Assembly (NCBI GenBank): GCA_963729625.1
Contig: CAVSOU010000007.1
Location: forward strand, 224,001 to 288,000
Origin: an uncultured bacterium
GTDB lineage: Bacteria > Chloroflexota > UBA5177 > JANWHV01
Direction: 5' to 3'
DNA: 64,000 nt
The position numbers and the translations under genes are program-made. This document shows, one piece after another, positions 1 through 10,014 of the stretch. Within the stretch, counting starts at the first letter, position 1, and the number at the start of each line of letters is the position of its first letter. The notes beneath the pieces are model-generated. The model saw only the letters and a program-made list of their open reading frames with translations. It did no database searches and was not told the origin of the DNA.

Positions 1-1
1 A

Positions 2-1429
2 CCATCATCCGAAGAAATGCTGTTTCTGCCCGGACTGATGGCCGGATCGGACGGCCTTGGGAAGGTACTGAACATCGCCTTCGGCGTGCTTCTCGCCCTT
101 AGCGTGTTCGCCCTGGCTCGCCGACTGCGGGGACGGATCGAGGCGTGGCAGGCCGCGCTGTTTCTGGCAACATCCATCTGGATTATCCAGGTGCTCCCGG
201 ATACGTTCACCGATTTCTCGTCGGCGTTCTTTCTCGTCACTGCCGTATACGACGTTTCCGTCTGGACGGACAATCTCGCTCACCGCGGCCGGCAGCCTGC
301 CCGTGGACTCGGCGCCAGCAGGTTACTTCTCAGGGCAGGATTGTTCACCGGCTTGAGCGCATCCTGCAAGCTTTCCACGCTCCCAGCGCTTCCTGCGCTG
401 TGTTGCGCCGTTGCGATTTGCGGCGCGTTGTACGCGGGCCCCGCGCTCGGCCGGAAGATACGGGTAGCGATCCAGGCAGGGTCGATCATGGGAACCGCCG
501 CATTGGTGCCGCTGAGCCCGTGGCTACTCAAGAATCTGTACTTTTTCCGGGCGCCGCTGTATCCATATGAAGGCGTTTCGGTCAGCAATCCCACGTCGTC
601 GAACGGGCTTTTCGTTCAGTCGACTGCTGCCTCCCCGTTAGCGCACGCGCACTGGATTATCACCTCGCTGGCGGACTTTCTGATCAACGACGTCGGGCTG
701 TTGTCAGTGTTATTGCTCGTGTCGATTTTTGTCCTGAAACGGCCGGTACAACGCGCAGCGCTCGTCTCGGCGGCGGCATTGATTGCGCTCTGGTTCCTCT
801 TTGTGCCGTACTTCGCGCCGCCGCGTTACTATCTGGGGGTCGCCGGCGTCACACAGGCACTGTCCGTTACCGTTGCATATGAGTTGTGGGAGGTACTGAA
901 GTTCTCGCGCAGCAGTCTGCAGATGCTGCTTCTGCTCTACCTGCTCCTCAGAGCGGTCTACCTTGCAGTAGCCGAGTACAGCCTGCTCAGCAGCCCGATG
1001 CTGGGACAGGTCGCGACCGGGCAAATATCGCGATACGACTATCTTTCGCTCCAGGTCAGGGGCTACCAGGCAGAAATGTGGATCAATGCGCACACGCCGG
1101 AGGACGCGCGCATTGCCGTAGTGAACGTGATCACGGGCTATTATCTGGACAGGTCCTATTTGAATGATTGGTACGGATCTCGCCGCGCGCAGCTGATGTC
1201 CGGAGAGGCGCCACTTCGGGAGCAGCTGGCACTGTGGTGCCGCCACGGCGTGCGATACGTCGTATTTGACCGTGGAGATGGCCGGCCCGAACAGGAGGGA
1301 CTCGATAACGGTGCCCGTCAGCTGGACTCCTTCGCGTGGACGCGTACGCCGCACCTCGACGTCCAGGGCCTGTTCAGCGCCCGAGGAGTCGACGTGCTTG
1401 CCGTTCGTCCGTGTGACATCGGGCCATAG
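2..1429 (+). CDS. Polytopic membrane protein, probable ArnT/GT-C-like glycosyltransferase (5'-truncated by window edge)
   Basis: Frame is open from base 2. Many hydrophobic helices, 'GLSASCKLS', 'PWLLKN' and 'PRYYL' motifs, and a soluble C-terminal tail typical of GT-C-like proteins. Confidence 0.55.
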   Translation, partial: PSSEEMLFLPGLMAGSDGLGKVLNIAFGVLLALSVFALARRLRGRIEAWQAALFLATSIWIIQVLPDTFTDFSSAFFLVTAVYDVSVWTDNLAHRGRQPARGLGASRLLLRAGLFTGLSASCKLSTLPALPALCCAVAICGALYAGPALGRKIRVAIQAGSIMGTAALVPLSPWLLKNLYFFRAPLYPYEGVSVSNPTSSNGLFVQSTAASPLAHAHWIITSLADFLINDVGLLSVLLLVSIFVLKRPVQRAALVSAAALIALWFLFVPYFAPPRYYLGVAGVTQALSVTVAYELWEVLKFSRSSLQMLLLLYLLLRAVYLAVAEYSLLSSPMLGQVATGQISRYDYLSLQVRGYQAEMWINAHTPEDARIAVVNVITGYYLDRSYLNDWYGSRRAQLMSGEAPLREQLALWCRHGVRYVVFDRGDGRPEQEGLDNGARQLDSFAWTRTPHLDVQGLFSARGVDVLAVRPCDIGP

Positions 1430-1704
1430 CCGGGCCGGCGTTCGCCGCTGCCCGATGACGCCTCCGCCGTCAAGTGTGCAGGCCAGGGAAGCCCAGGGAC
1501 TTCATTACTACGTACTTTTGGAACTACCCCCGGCCACCCCAGCAAAACAGTCACCCTGCCTGATCGAAAGGATAGAGTGCTCAAGGGTCGGCCATCGCCG
1601 GTGGCTACACGCTGTCATCAGCACCGCCGATGAGCGAGGCCTGTCCAGATACCGCTGAGCACGTTACCAGGTGTACAGTTCTGCACCGCCATGTAACGTC
1701 CCCG

Positions 1705-2760
1705 TCACCCGTGGTTGCGGTTTAGCGGAGCAGTGGACTCGCGAACCACGAGGCGGGTCGAGAGCTCGACGCGGCTGACCTCGAGCGGTAACGCGTCGAT
1801 CAAGCGGTACAGAAGCGTGACCGCGTGCCGGCCCAGCTCTTGCAGGGGTTGCGCGACGGTCGTCAGCGCGGGAGTGGTGACAGACGCGAGGTCGATGTCG
1901 TCGAACCCAACCACCGAAAGATCTTCGGGTAGTCGAAGCCCGCGTTCTCGGGCCGCCCGCATCACGCCGATCGCCATATTGTCGCTCTGGGCAAATATGG
2001 CCGTTGGACGCGAGGGCAACGACAGCAGTGCATGGCCGGCGGCCACGCCGCCATCGTACTTGAAGTCGGACTCCACCACGTATTCGGGTCTGAGTGGAAG
2101 CCCGGCCGATATCATCGCCGACTGATACCCGGCCAGGCGATCCTCGCTGGCGCACCAGCCTGGATAGCCTGTCACCAGGCCGACACGTGTATGGCCGAGG
2201 GAGATCAGATGCTCGGTGGCCTGGCGTCCTCCTGCCCAGTTGGTGGACGATACGACCGGGATGCCTTCCGGCAAGAGCAGACTCGGATCGATCACCACAA
2301 ACGGTGAACCGTGCTGACGCAGGTGCTGCAGCTCGACCCTCGTCTCGGTCGGGGTTACCAGCATCGTGCCGTCAGTTGTGCCGTGTATCAGGCGCTCCAG
2401 GACTGAAAGCTCCCGATCGTGACGATGCTGCGTGGGACAAAGTACGGGCCGCGCGTCGCGCTCGAATAGCGCCTCACTCGCCCCCTCGATAATGCCGGAA
2501 AAGAACCCATTTTGAGTGAATGGCACGACCACGCCGATCAATCCAGTCCGCCCGCTCGCAAGGCCTCGCGCGGTCCGACTGCCGACATAGCCGGCGGCAC
2601 GCACGCGTTGCAGCACAAGCTCGCGCGTGGCCTGGGAGACGTCTGGACGGCCGTTCAGCACGCGCGAGACCGTCGCAATCGAGACACCTGCCTGCTCGGC
2701 TATGTCGCGGATCATCGCGCGCTTTCCCGTCCCGGTTGGAATGTCTGTGACCTCAGCCAC
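1705..2760 (-). CDS. LacI-family transcriptional regulator
   Basis: HTH 'IRDIAEQAGVSIATVSRVLNG', hinge 'ARGLA', C-terminal 'LSVVGFDD..LTTV..LVVREST'. Likely GTG start at 2760 (ORF track starts at 2781). Confidence 0.95.
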   Translation of the reverse strand: MAEVTDIPTGTGKRAMIRDIAEQAGVSIATVSRVLNGRPDVSQATRELVLQRVRAAGYVGSRTARGLASGRTGLIGVVVPFTQNGFFSGIIEGASEALFERDARPVLCPTQHRHDRELSVLERLIHGTTDGTMLVTPTETRVELQHLRQHGSPFVVIDPSLLLPEGIPVVSSTNWAGGRQATEHLISLGHTRVGLVTGYPGWCASEDRLAGYQSAMISAGLPLRPEYVVESDFKYDGGVAAGHALLSLPSRPTAIFAQSDNMAIGVMRAARERGLRLPEDLSVVGFDDIDLASVTTPALTTVAQPLQELGRHAVTLLYRLIDALPLEVSRVELSTRLVVRESTAPLNRNHG

Positions 2761-2790
2761 GGTGCACCACCATGCGAGCATTCGGAACTA

Positions 2791-2835
2791 ACCGTAAACG
2801 CTTCCGGTTCTACGCCAAAATGCCGAGTTTGTCAA
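2791..2835 (-). promoter_or_regulatory. lacI-gene promoter (TTGACA-17-TAGAAC) overlapping a LacI-type operator
   Basis: Minus-strand TTGACA at 2835-2830 and TAGAAC at 2812-2807. Imperfect palindrome ACCGTAAACGCTTCCGGT with central CG at 2791-2808. Confidence 0.65.
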
Positions 2836-3021
2836 GCCTCTGACCCGCCAAACAGGCCTGCGAGGACTCGGATCGAGTTCATGGGACGAAGTCCACGGCG
2901 ATGCGCTGGCACAACACGCCATAGCATTTTGTGTAATAGAAGAGCCATTAGACGTGGTTTTCGTCCACTATTGTCACCGCCGTGCTGACTGATTCGCTGC
3001 CACGCATCATGACGACCCATA

Positions 3022-3086
3022 TTGACATCGGGAGCATCCCATGCTATTCTCCGGGCTGTTGATGCGTTTCCGTAAACGCTCCCGAT
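3022..3086 (+). promoter_or_regulatory. Sigma70 promoter of the ABC operon with downstream LacI-type operator
   Basis: TTGACA (3022-3027), 17-bp spacer, TGc-TATTCT (3045-3050). CCGTAAACGCTCCCG at 3070-3084 matches 2792-2806 at 14/15 positions. Confidence 0.75.
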
Positions 3087-3371
3087 AACCCGGTGACACA
3101 CAGCGGGTATTGCGGAAAGAGGCCGACGGTGCTACGCTTCTGCCGTCTCCGTGGTGGAATCGATCTGGTTATCGGCCACGCAGGCGTGGACGAGGTGCAG
3201 GATCCGAGTGTCGGCCAGTCAAACGCCGATCGCGAAGGGAGGTACGTCGCGGTACGATAGAGACCCGTTCGCGGCCTTCTCAGGCATCCCAACGTAACCA
3301 GCCGCATATGGTGTAGCGGTGCATTGCGTGACGACGAGGCACGCCAATTGAGCTCGCAAGGAGCGGAATAG

Positions 3372-5111
3372 ATGGCCCTAACGCCAACATTGAAGACGTT
3401 CGGCAAAGTGGTCCTGGGCATGGGTTTGATCGCCAGCATGGTGATGCCTAACCATATCGCCACCCGGGTCGCGCACGCGGCCTACAGTGGACCGCTCGTG
3501 ATCGCCGACCAGACAACCGGCACCTGGGTGCGTGATTTCAACCCCTATGACATCGCAAACCAAAACAGCCCGACCCTTAGCGGTATCTACGAAACCCTGT
3601 ATATCACCAGCACCCACAACGGCAACAAGCAAACTCCCTTGCTGGCAACGGGATACTCATGGTCCAAGGACCTCAAGAGCCTCACGTTCACTATTCGCCA
3701 GGGCGTCAAGTGGTCCGACGGCTCCCCGTTCAGCGCAGACGATGTCGTGTTTAGTGCCCAGCTTGGCCAAACTTGCGGCGTGGCCAATACAGTCGGCTGG
3801 TGGGACGTAAAAGACAAGTCGGGCAAGGTCATCAGCCCAGGCAGCCTTGCCAGTGTGACGGAATCCGCCGACAAGTCGACGGTGACGTTCACCTACAAGA
3901 CCGTCGACACGACAGTATTTGTGCCCAACTTCAACAATTTCTACGTCGTGCCCAAAGCAGTCTGGTCGGCTCACGCGAAAGACTCGGCGCAGGGGGGCGA
4001 CTGCGATACCTGGAAGAACCCTGACCCGGTGGGCACCGGTCCCTTCACTCAGGTGCAGTCATACTCAGCTCAGACCTACGTTCTGGGCAAGAACCCCAAC
4101 TACTACCTGCCGGGCGAGCCCAAGGTTTCCTCTATCGAGTTCCTCGACCACACCGGCAACGATACATCTACGAACGACTTCATCAATGGAAAGGTCGACT
4201 GGTCCGGAAACGCGCTCGGCGTGAACGCGGTCAACAGCGGGACCCGGCATTTCCAGTATTCCGCTCCCAACGTTCCGGTGCAGCTGATCTTCATCAATAA
4301 GTACCCGTACAACATTCCGGCATTCCGCCAGGCCGTCAGCATGGCTCTCGACCGAAAGACCATTGTGGGCACCGCCGAGGCCGGTTTTGGCTTCCAGCCT
4401 GCCGACGCACTCGGTCTCGCCTCCCAGTGGCCGGACTGGATCGCTCCGTCGGTCAAGGCGCAGGACACCGCGCTGTCCACCTACAACCTGACCGCGGCCA
4501 AGGCACTGCTCGCGAAGGCCGGGTTCACAGTCAATAAAGACGGTACCCTGCTCGATCCCAAGGGGAAACCTGTCGACTTCGATATCCAGACAGTTACCGG
4601 CTGGACCGACTGGTATACCGCGGTTGGGTTGATTGCATCCGAGCTAGGCGGACTTGGCATCAACGCAGGCGTGCACCAAACCCAGTTCGGGGCTTGGCAA
4701 AACACCCGCTTGACCGGAACATTCGATTGCCTGATTTTCTGGCAGCTCACCGTCGACTCGCCGATTTCGCTGTACGGCCAGTTCATGGCTGCCAACGACT
4801 ATTATCCCGTGGGCACCTTGATCGGCAACGGCAACGACCTCGGGCGGTACCAGAGCGCGGCAGCTGATGCGGCTCTCAAGGCAGCTCGAGCTACGGCCGA
4901 CGTCTCAACTCAGAAGGCCAAGGTTGCCGCTCTCGAGAAGATCTGGTTGAACGATCTCCCCACAATCCCGCTGTGGATCGCCGGGCTCTGGGAGAATTAC
5001 AACACGCAGCATTTCACCGGCTTCCCGGTAGCGGGCAACTACTATGCCTCCGGCCAGCCCGGCGACCGGCCCGACCGCGAGCTGGTGTTGCTCAATGTCA
5101 AGCCCGTGTGA
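3372..5111 (+). CDS. ABC transporter substrate-binding protein, family 5 (OppA/DppA fold, probably oligosaccharide-binding)
   Basis: 'TFTIRQGVKWSDGSPFSADDVVFS' and 'PVGTGPF' motifs. Sec signal ending in AHA. RBS AAGGAG. Divergent from a LacI gene. Confidence 0.9.
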   Translation: MALTPTLKTFGKVVLGMGLIASMVMPNHIATRVAHAAYSGPLVIADQTTGTWVRDFNPYDIANQNSPTLSGIYETLYITSTHNGNKQTPLLATGYSWSKDLKSLTFTIRQGVKWSDGSPFSADDVVFSAQLGQTCGVANTVGWWDVKDKSGKVISPGSLASVTESADKSTVTFTYKTVDTTVFVPNFNNFYVVPKAVWSAHAKDSAQGGDCDTWKNPDPVGTGPFTQVQSYSAQTYVLGKNPNYYLPGEPKVSSIEFLDHTGNDTSTNDFINGKVDWSGNALGVNAVNSGTRHFQYSAPNVPVQLIFINKYPYNIPAFRQAVSMALDRKTIVGTAEAGFGFQPADALGLASQWPDWIAPSVKAQDTALSTYNLTAAKALLAKAGFTVNKDGTLLDPKGKPVDFDIQTVTGWTDWYTAVGLIASELGGLGINAGVHQTQFGAWQNTRLTGTFDCLIFWQLTVDSPISLYGQFMAANDYYPVGTLIGNGNDLGRYQSAAADAALKAARATADVSTQKAKVAALEKIWLNDLPTIPLWIAGLWENYNTQHFTGFPVAGNYYASGQPGDRPDRELVLLNVKPV

Positions 5112-5136
5112 TTTAATAAAGTCTGTTTAGTGCTTG

Positions 5137-5168
5137 CGGGCACGGCCGGCACAATCCGGCCGTGCCCG
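5137..5168 (+). terminator. 13-bp perfect hairpin after the SBP gene (mRNA stabiliser or partial terminator)
   Basis: CGGGCACGGCCGG-cacaat-CCGGCCGTGCCCG followed by TTT. Confidence 0.6.
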
Positions 5169-5261
5169 TTTGAACGCCCGGCCGGAATCCGCGTCGGCCG
5201 GCTTGAGAAACGCTAGGCAAGTCGGTGAGCGGAGTGCTGGACCGGCCACAGGACGGATCAT

Positions 5262-6242
5262 ATGAGGTATCTGGGGAGGCGACTGTTCTTCTACCTTCTC
5301 GCTCTGTGGGCGTCGATCACTCTCAATTTCGCCCTTCCACGAGCGATGCCGGGTGACCCGGCGATGGCCATTCTGGCAAAACTGGGGCCCTCGCTGGCTT
5401 CCCAGCCAAATGCCCTGCGGGTGGTGGAGACAGAGCTGGGCGTGTCAACCGATCCGTTGCCGCTGCAGTACTGGCACTACCTCGTGAACCTCGTGCACGG
5501 TGATCTCGGCACATCGTATGGCATGCACGAGCCGGTCGCACAGGTCATTCGCGATACCCTTCCCTGGACGTTGTTCCTTGTCGGCGTGGCGTCGTTCATT
5601 GCCTTCATTTTCGGCACGCTGCTTGGCATTTATTGTGCCTGGCGACGCGGCGGCTTCGCAGACAGTGTCCTGGTGCCTGCGACTGCCGTTTTCGCCGCAT
5701 TCCCGCCCTTCTTTCTCGCCCTCCTGCTTGCCTATTACGTTGCCACGCTAGGGGGCTGGTTCCCGAACGGCGGCAGCTATGCCTCGTTGACCGGCCCCAA
5801 CCTGGATTTCGGCTTCATCGGGGATATGCTGCAACATGCGGTGCTGCCGGCCTTTGCGCTTGTCATTGCCTCCGTAGGCAGCTGGCTGATCGGCATGCGC
5901 AACGCCATGATCAACACACTGTCCGAAGACTACGTCACGATGGCCACGGCGAAGGGCCTGGCGGATCGGCGCGTGATGATCTGGTACGCCGCACGCAATG
6001 CTTTCCTGCCACAGGTAACAAGTTTTGCCATGGTTCTTGGCTTCGCCGTCGGCGGCCAGGTGATCATCGAGTACGTGTTCAATTACCAGGGTGTCGGCTT
6101 CCAGCTGGTCAATGCAGTAAGCTCGCAGGATTATCCGCTTATCCAGGGAATACTGCTGGTCGTGACGGTAGCCGTGTTGTTTGCCAACTTCGCAGCAGAC
6201 GTGTTGTACGCACGCCTTGATCCGCGCGTGCGCCGCCGCTAG
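5262..6242 (+). CDS. ABC permease (OppB/DppB-like)
   Basis: 'PRAMPGDP', 'GDLGTSY', EAA-loop 'EDYVTMATAKGL', C-terminal 'LDPRVR'. Confidence 0.92.
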   Translation: MRYLGRRLFFYLLALWASITLNFALPRAMPGDPAMAILAKLGPSLASQPNALRVVETELGVSTDPLPLQYWHYLVNLVHGDLGTSYGMHEPVAQVIRDTLPWTLFLVGVASFIAFIFGTLLGIYCAWRRGGFADSVLVPATAVFAAFPPFFLALLLAYYVATLGGWFPNGGSYASLTGPNLDFGFIGDMLQHAVLPAFALVIASVGSWLIGMRNAMINTLSEDYVTMATAKGLADRRVMIWYAARNAFLPQVTSFAMVLGFAVGGQVIIEYVFNYQGVGFQLVNAVSSQDYPLIQGILLVVTVAVLFANFAADVLYARLDPRVRRR

Positions 6243-6262
6243 CGCCCGGAGGACGCTGAAAC

Positions 6263-7285
6263 ATGCAGGCTGAACCGAACGGAACTGGCGCCGCGTCAAA
6301 GGCACCCATGACAGCAACGACTAGGTCTGCTGGCCGTCGGGCCTGGCGTCCCGGTGTGCCGCGCTGGCTCTCGCTGCTTCTCTCCGATGGCAAGGCGACG
6401 GTTGGGCTGGGAATCCTGGCTTTCTTCCTGGTCGTGGTGATCCTGGCGCCCTTCATCTGGACCGGAGACCCCATGGCGACCGACAAGTCGTTCATCGATC
6501 GGGGAATGGGAGTGCTCAATCCCCCCTCGGCGAACCACTGGTTCGGTACTGACGTCGCGAATCGGGATATTTTCTTGCAGGTCATCAACGGCGGCCGTCA
6601 GACGCTGTTCCTCGGCTTCTCGGTCGGCGTGATCGCCACCATCCTCAGCGTGCTCGTGGGCGTCAGTGCCGGCTTTTTTGGCGGGATGGTGGACGAGGTC
6701 TTGAGCACCATCACTAATGTCTTCCTGGTCCTGCCGCCACTACCCGTGTGCATCGTGATCGCCTCGTATATAACCGTGAAGAGTGAGTGGCCAATCATCG
6801 GCGTCATTTCCTTCATTGCCTGGGCCTGGAGCGCTCGTGTCTATCGGTCCCAAGCCATGAGCATAAGGTCCAAAGACTTCGTGGAAGCTGCGATTGTGTC
6901 CGGTGAATCGGGATTCAAGATCGTGTGGAGCGAGATCTTACCAAACATGATTAGCATCGTGGTGAGCGGATTCATCGGTGTAACCACATTTGCAATCCTG
7001 TTCTCCGTGGCTCTTGACTTCCTGGGCTTTGCCAACAATGCGCCCATGAGCTGGGGCAGGATCCTCTTCTTTGCCCAGACCAGCGGCGCCGTCCAGGCCG
7101 GCAGATGGTGGACGTATGTTTTCGCCGGAATGGCGGTCACGCTCGTGAGCTTGGGGCTTATCCTGATCAACTTCGGCGTCGACGTGATCAGTAACCCGCG
7201 CCTGCGTGTCGAAGAGTTGAAGACTCAGCCCAGGCCCAGGATGACGCCATCGCCCGATGGCGTGAACGTCGCCCGCGCTCGCTGA
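6263..7285 (+). CDS. ABC permease (OppC/DppC-like)
   Basis: 'PPSANHWFGTD..RD', 'DFVEAAIVSGES', 'NPRLR'. Confidence 0.92.
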   Translation: MQAEPNGTGAASKAPMTATTRSAGRRAWRPGVPRWLSLLLSDGKATVGLGILAFFLVVVILAPFIWTGDPMATDKSFIDRGMGVLNPPSANHWFGTDVANRDIFLQVINGGRQTLFLGFSVGVIATILSVLVGVSAGFFGGMVDEVLSTITNVFLVLPPLPVCIVIASYITVKSEWPIIGVISFIAWAWSARVYRSQAMSIRSKDFVEAAIVSGESGFKIVWSEILPNMISIVVSGFIGVTTFAILFSVALDFLGFANNAPMSWGRILFFAQTSGAVQAGRWWTYVFAGMAVTLVSLGLILINFGVDVISNPRLRVEELKTQPRPRMTPSPDGVNVARAR

Positions 7286-7518
7286 CATCTCGGCCGCACG
7301 TGACACGCGCGCGTGTCCTGCTCGCCCCGTTGCAGGTGAGACGGCACTGTGTGGGCGCAATGTCCAGCCGCAAAGAGTCGATCTCTTCCAATTCTGCCTC
7401 GAGTTTGATACCCTCCGCATGTCGTGCCCGCATTGGTCGAGCAAGCGAGCGCTGCGCCGTACTGCTTGGCGCATGTCGAACGGCGAGATGCCGGGTCAGC
7501 AGAAGATGGAGATGGCGT

Positions 7519-8124
7519 GTGGGAGAATCCAGGCTGTTTCAGGATAAGGCAATTGAGCGGATGGTCCTCGACTCCTTTGATGAAATGTGCGAGGACGCGG
7601 GCATAGAAGGCGCGTTTGCCGACGAAGGGCCGATGACGCTTGCGCTGGTACCGGATCCACTGCGGTTGGGTGCCGTCGTCGACCTATGGATGCGGATAGA
7701 GAGCCGCGAGGAAACCGCACGCCAGGCAATCGCCGAACACACGACTATTCTCGGCAGCCACTTCGTCGATGTTGCCAACGACGACGATCTCGAAGAGGAA
7801 TACGACGAGGAAGAGGGTGAGTCAGTCGACGATGCGGAGCAGGAGAGCGAAGCTGACGACGATGGAGATGAGGAAGATGACGAGGAGACCGTCGAGCCCC
7901 TGCTCGACGAGCTCGAGCTTCGCGGGCGGCTTCTCGTCGACGTCATCAATGCCGTCGGGCAGCAGCTCTCCGAGCGGCGCGGCGCCCTGGAATTGGGCGA
8001 GGAGTTGCCGAGCTTAGCGTCGGTTCGTGAGGCGATTCTCGAGGCCCTCAACATCACGTTTGAAGACGAGCGCCTGGCCGACCTCTGGGAACACGGGGTG
8101 CTCGTCACCGCCGAAGAACAGTAA
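7519..8124 (+). CDS. Acidic hypothetical protein with a central Asp/Glu tract
   Basis: GTG at 7519 after GGAG. Coding-like codon use. D/E-rich linker of about 40 aa. Confidence 0.7.
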   Translation: MGESRLFQDKAIERMVLDSFDEMCEDAGIEGAFADEGPMTLALVPDPLRLGAVVDLWMRIESREETARQAIAEHTTILGSHFVDVANDDDLEEEYDEEEGESVDDAEQESEADDDGDEEDDEETVEPLLDELELRGRLLVDVINAVGQQLSERRGALELGEELPSLASVREAILEALNITFEDERLADLWEHGVLVTAEEQ

Positions 8125-8395
8125 GGATTGCGCCGCCTCCCGCCTGCCCGAGCGCCGTATGAAGTGCACTGCACGGCGCTCTGAACACCTGGCCGGCGCG
8201 GCTTGGCGGCCACCTGCGCACGGACCTTCTGCCGCGGCCGGAGGCCTTTGCCCAATCGCGGTTGCTTGCGGCGCGACCGACTGCAGTGAAGCCAGGACGA
8301 GGTCACCATTGACGCACACGAACCCGGGCGCACGGGCGTCCCGCCGGCCCTCGTTTGCTGGCCGGCACACCTGCGGATCCCACTACGGCTTTAGT

Positions 8396-9853
8396 CTAGT
8401 ATGCCTTGGCGAATACGAGGCGCCGGCCGATTCCGGGTGCGCCGCAACGCACGCACGCTCCGGCCTCGGGTGGCGCATCGAATGGGATGCAGCGAGCCGT
8501 CGCTTTTGTGTCCTCCTTGATTGCGGCCTCGCACGCTGGGTCGCCACAGTGATGGGCGTTGAGGAAGACATTCCGTTCGGCAAGCTCGCGCACGAACGTC
8601 TCGTAATCGTCGACGTTCTCCGTCAATGATTGCCGAAGTCGAAGCGCACGTTCAAACATGCTTGCCTGGATGTCGGCGAGCACGGCCGGGACTCGAGCGG
8701 CAAGGTCGGCTATCGCGACGGACTCCTTTGTGCGGAGATCGCGGCGAGCCAGCACCACTTGGCCGTTGGCGATATCACGCGGTCCGATCTCCATGCGCAG
8801 CGGTACACCCTTGAGCTCCCACTCGTTGTACTTGAAGCCCGGGGTTAACTCTTCACGCTTGTCAACCTTGAGCCGAACCTTGCCCTCGAGAACATGCTGA
8901 ATCCCTGCAATCGCGGTCAGCACGGCGTCGCGCTCGGCTGCTTTGCGCGCGATGGGAACGACAACCAGCTGAATCGGCGCCACGCGCGGAGGCAACACCA
9001 GGCCGGCCTCGTCGCCATGGGTCATGATGATCGCCCCGATGATGCGGGTCGAGAGTCCCCAGCTCGTCTGGTACGGATGCAGACGGACACCCTGGTCTTT
9101 GGCCTGATACTCGATCTCGTACGCACGCGTGAAATTCTGACCGAGGTTGTGCGACGTTCCTGCCTGCAGGGCTCGGCCATCGGACATCATCGCTTCAATT
9201 GCGATAGTGTAGTCCGCGCCGGCGAACTTCTCGCTCGCCGTCTTGCGTCCGGAAATCACAGGTATGGAAAGCCAGTCTTCTGCCAACGACCGGTAGACGC
9301 CCAGCATCTTGTCCGTTTCTTCCGCGCCTTCCTCCGGGGTGGCGTGAAAGGTGTGACCCTCTTGCCACAGGAATTCGGTGGTGCGCAGGAAGAAGCGGGT
9401 CCGCATCTCCCACCGCATCACGTTTGCCCACTGGTTGATGAGCACCGGGAGGTCGCGCCATGACTGGATGTATCGCTTGTAGGTCGAGCAGATGATTGTC
9501 TCAGACGTGGGCCGGATCGCGAGGCGCTCCTCGAGTTCCGCGCCGCCCGCATGAGTGACCCAGGCAACCTCAGGTGCGAACCCCTCCACATGCTCGGCTT
9601 CCTTGACGAGAAAACTCTCAGGGATAAGGAGCGGAAAATACATATTCTCATGGCCGGTCGCCTTGATCATGTCGTCAAGCGCGCGCTGAACGTTTTCCCA
9701 CAGCGCGTAGCCATAAGGCCGAATGATCATGCAGCCGCGCACGGCGGAATAGTCGGCCAGCTCGGCACGCCGCACGACGTCGGTGTACCACTGGCTGAAG
9801 TTCTCGCTCTTCCGAGCAATCTGATCGGGCAGCGTCGTAATCTCGTCATTCAT
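8396..9853 (-). CDS. proS: Proline--tRNA ligase (archaeal/eukaryotic type)
   Basis: 'RPTSET', 'FLRTTEFLWQEGHT', 'QAGTSHNLGQNF', C-terminal Zn-binding region ending 'FAKAY'. Confidence 0.97.
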   Translation of the reverse strand: MNDEITTLPDQIARKSENFSQWYTDVVRRAELADYSAVRGCMIIRPYGYALWENVQRALDDMIKATGHENMYFPLLIPESFLVKEAEHVEGFAPEVAWVTHAGGAELEERLAIRPTSETIICSTYKRYIQSWRDLPVLINQWANVMRWEMRTRFFLRTTEFLWQEGHTFHATPEEGAEETDKMLGVYRSLAEDWLSIPVISGRKTASEKFAGADYTIAIEAMMSDGRALQAGTSHNLGQNFTRAYEIEYQAKDQGVRLHPYQTSWGLSTRIIGAIIMTHGDEAGLVLPPRVAPIQLVVVPIARKAAERDAVLTAIAGIQHVLEGKVRLKVDKREELTPGFKYNEWELKGVPLRMEIGPRDIANGQVVLARRDLRTKESVAIADLAARVPAVLADIQASMFERALRLRQSLTENVDDYETFVRELAERNVFLNAHHCGDPACEAAIKEDTKATARCIPFDAPPEAGACVRCGAPGIGRRLVFAKAY

Positions 9854-10014
9854 TGTGACAGAATCTCCAGCGCAATCGATGGGGACCTCAAGATTGAAGC
9901 TAGGGTAGTGTAGCATGACGTCAGTTGCCGCGGCGCGAACCTTGACCTTGGTCGGGCACCACCTGACAAGAGTGATCGACGGTGCGCCGGTGCCACTGCC
10001 TGCCGCGCTCGGAA

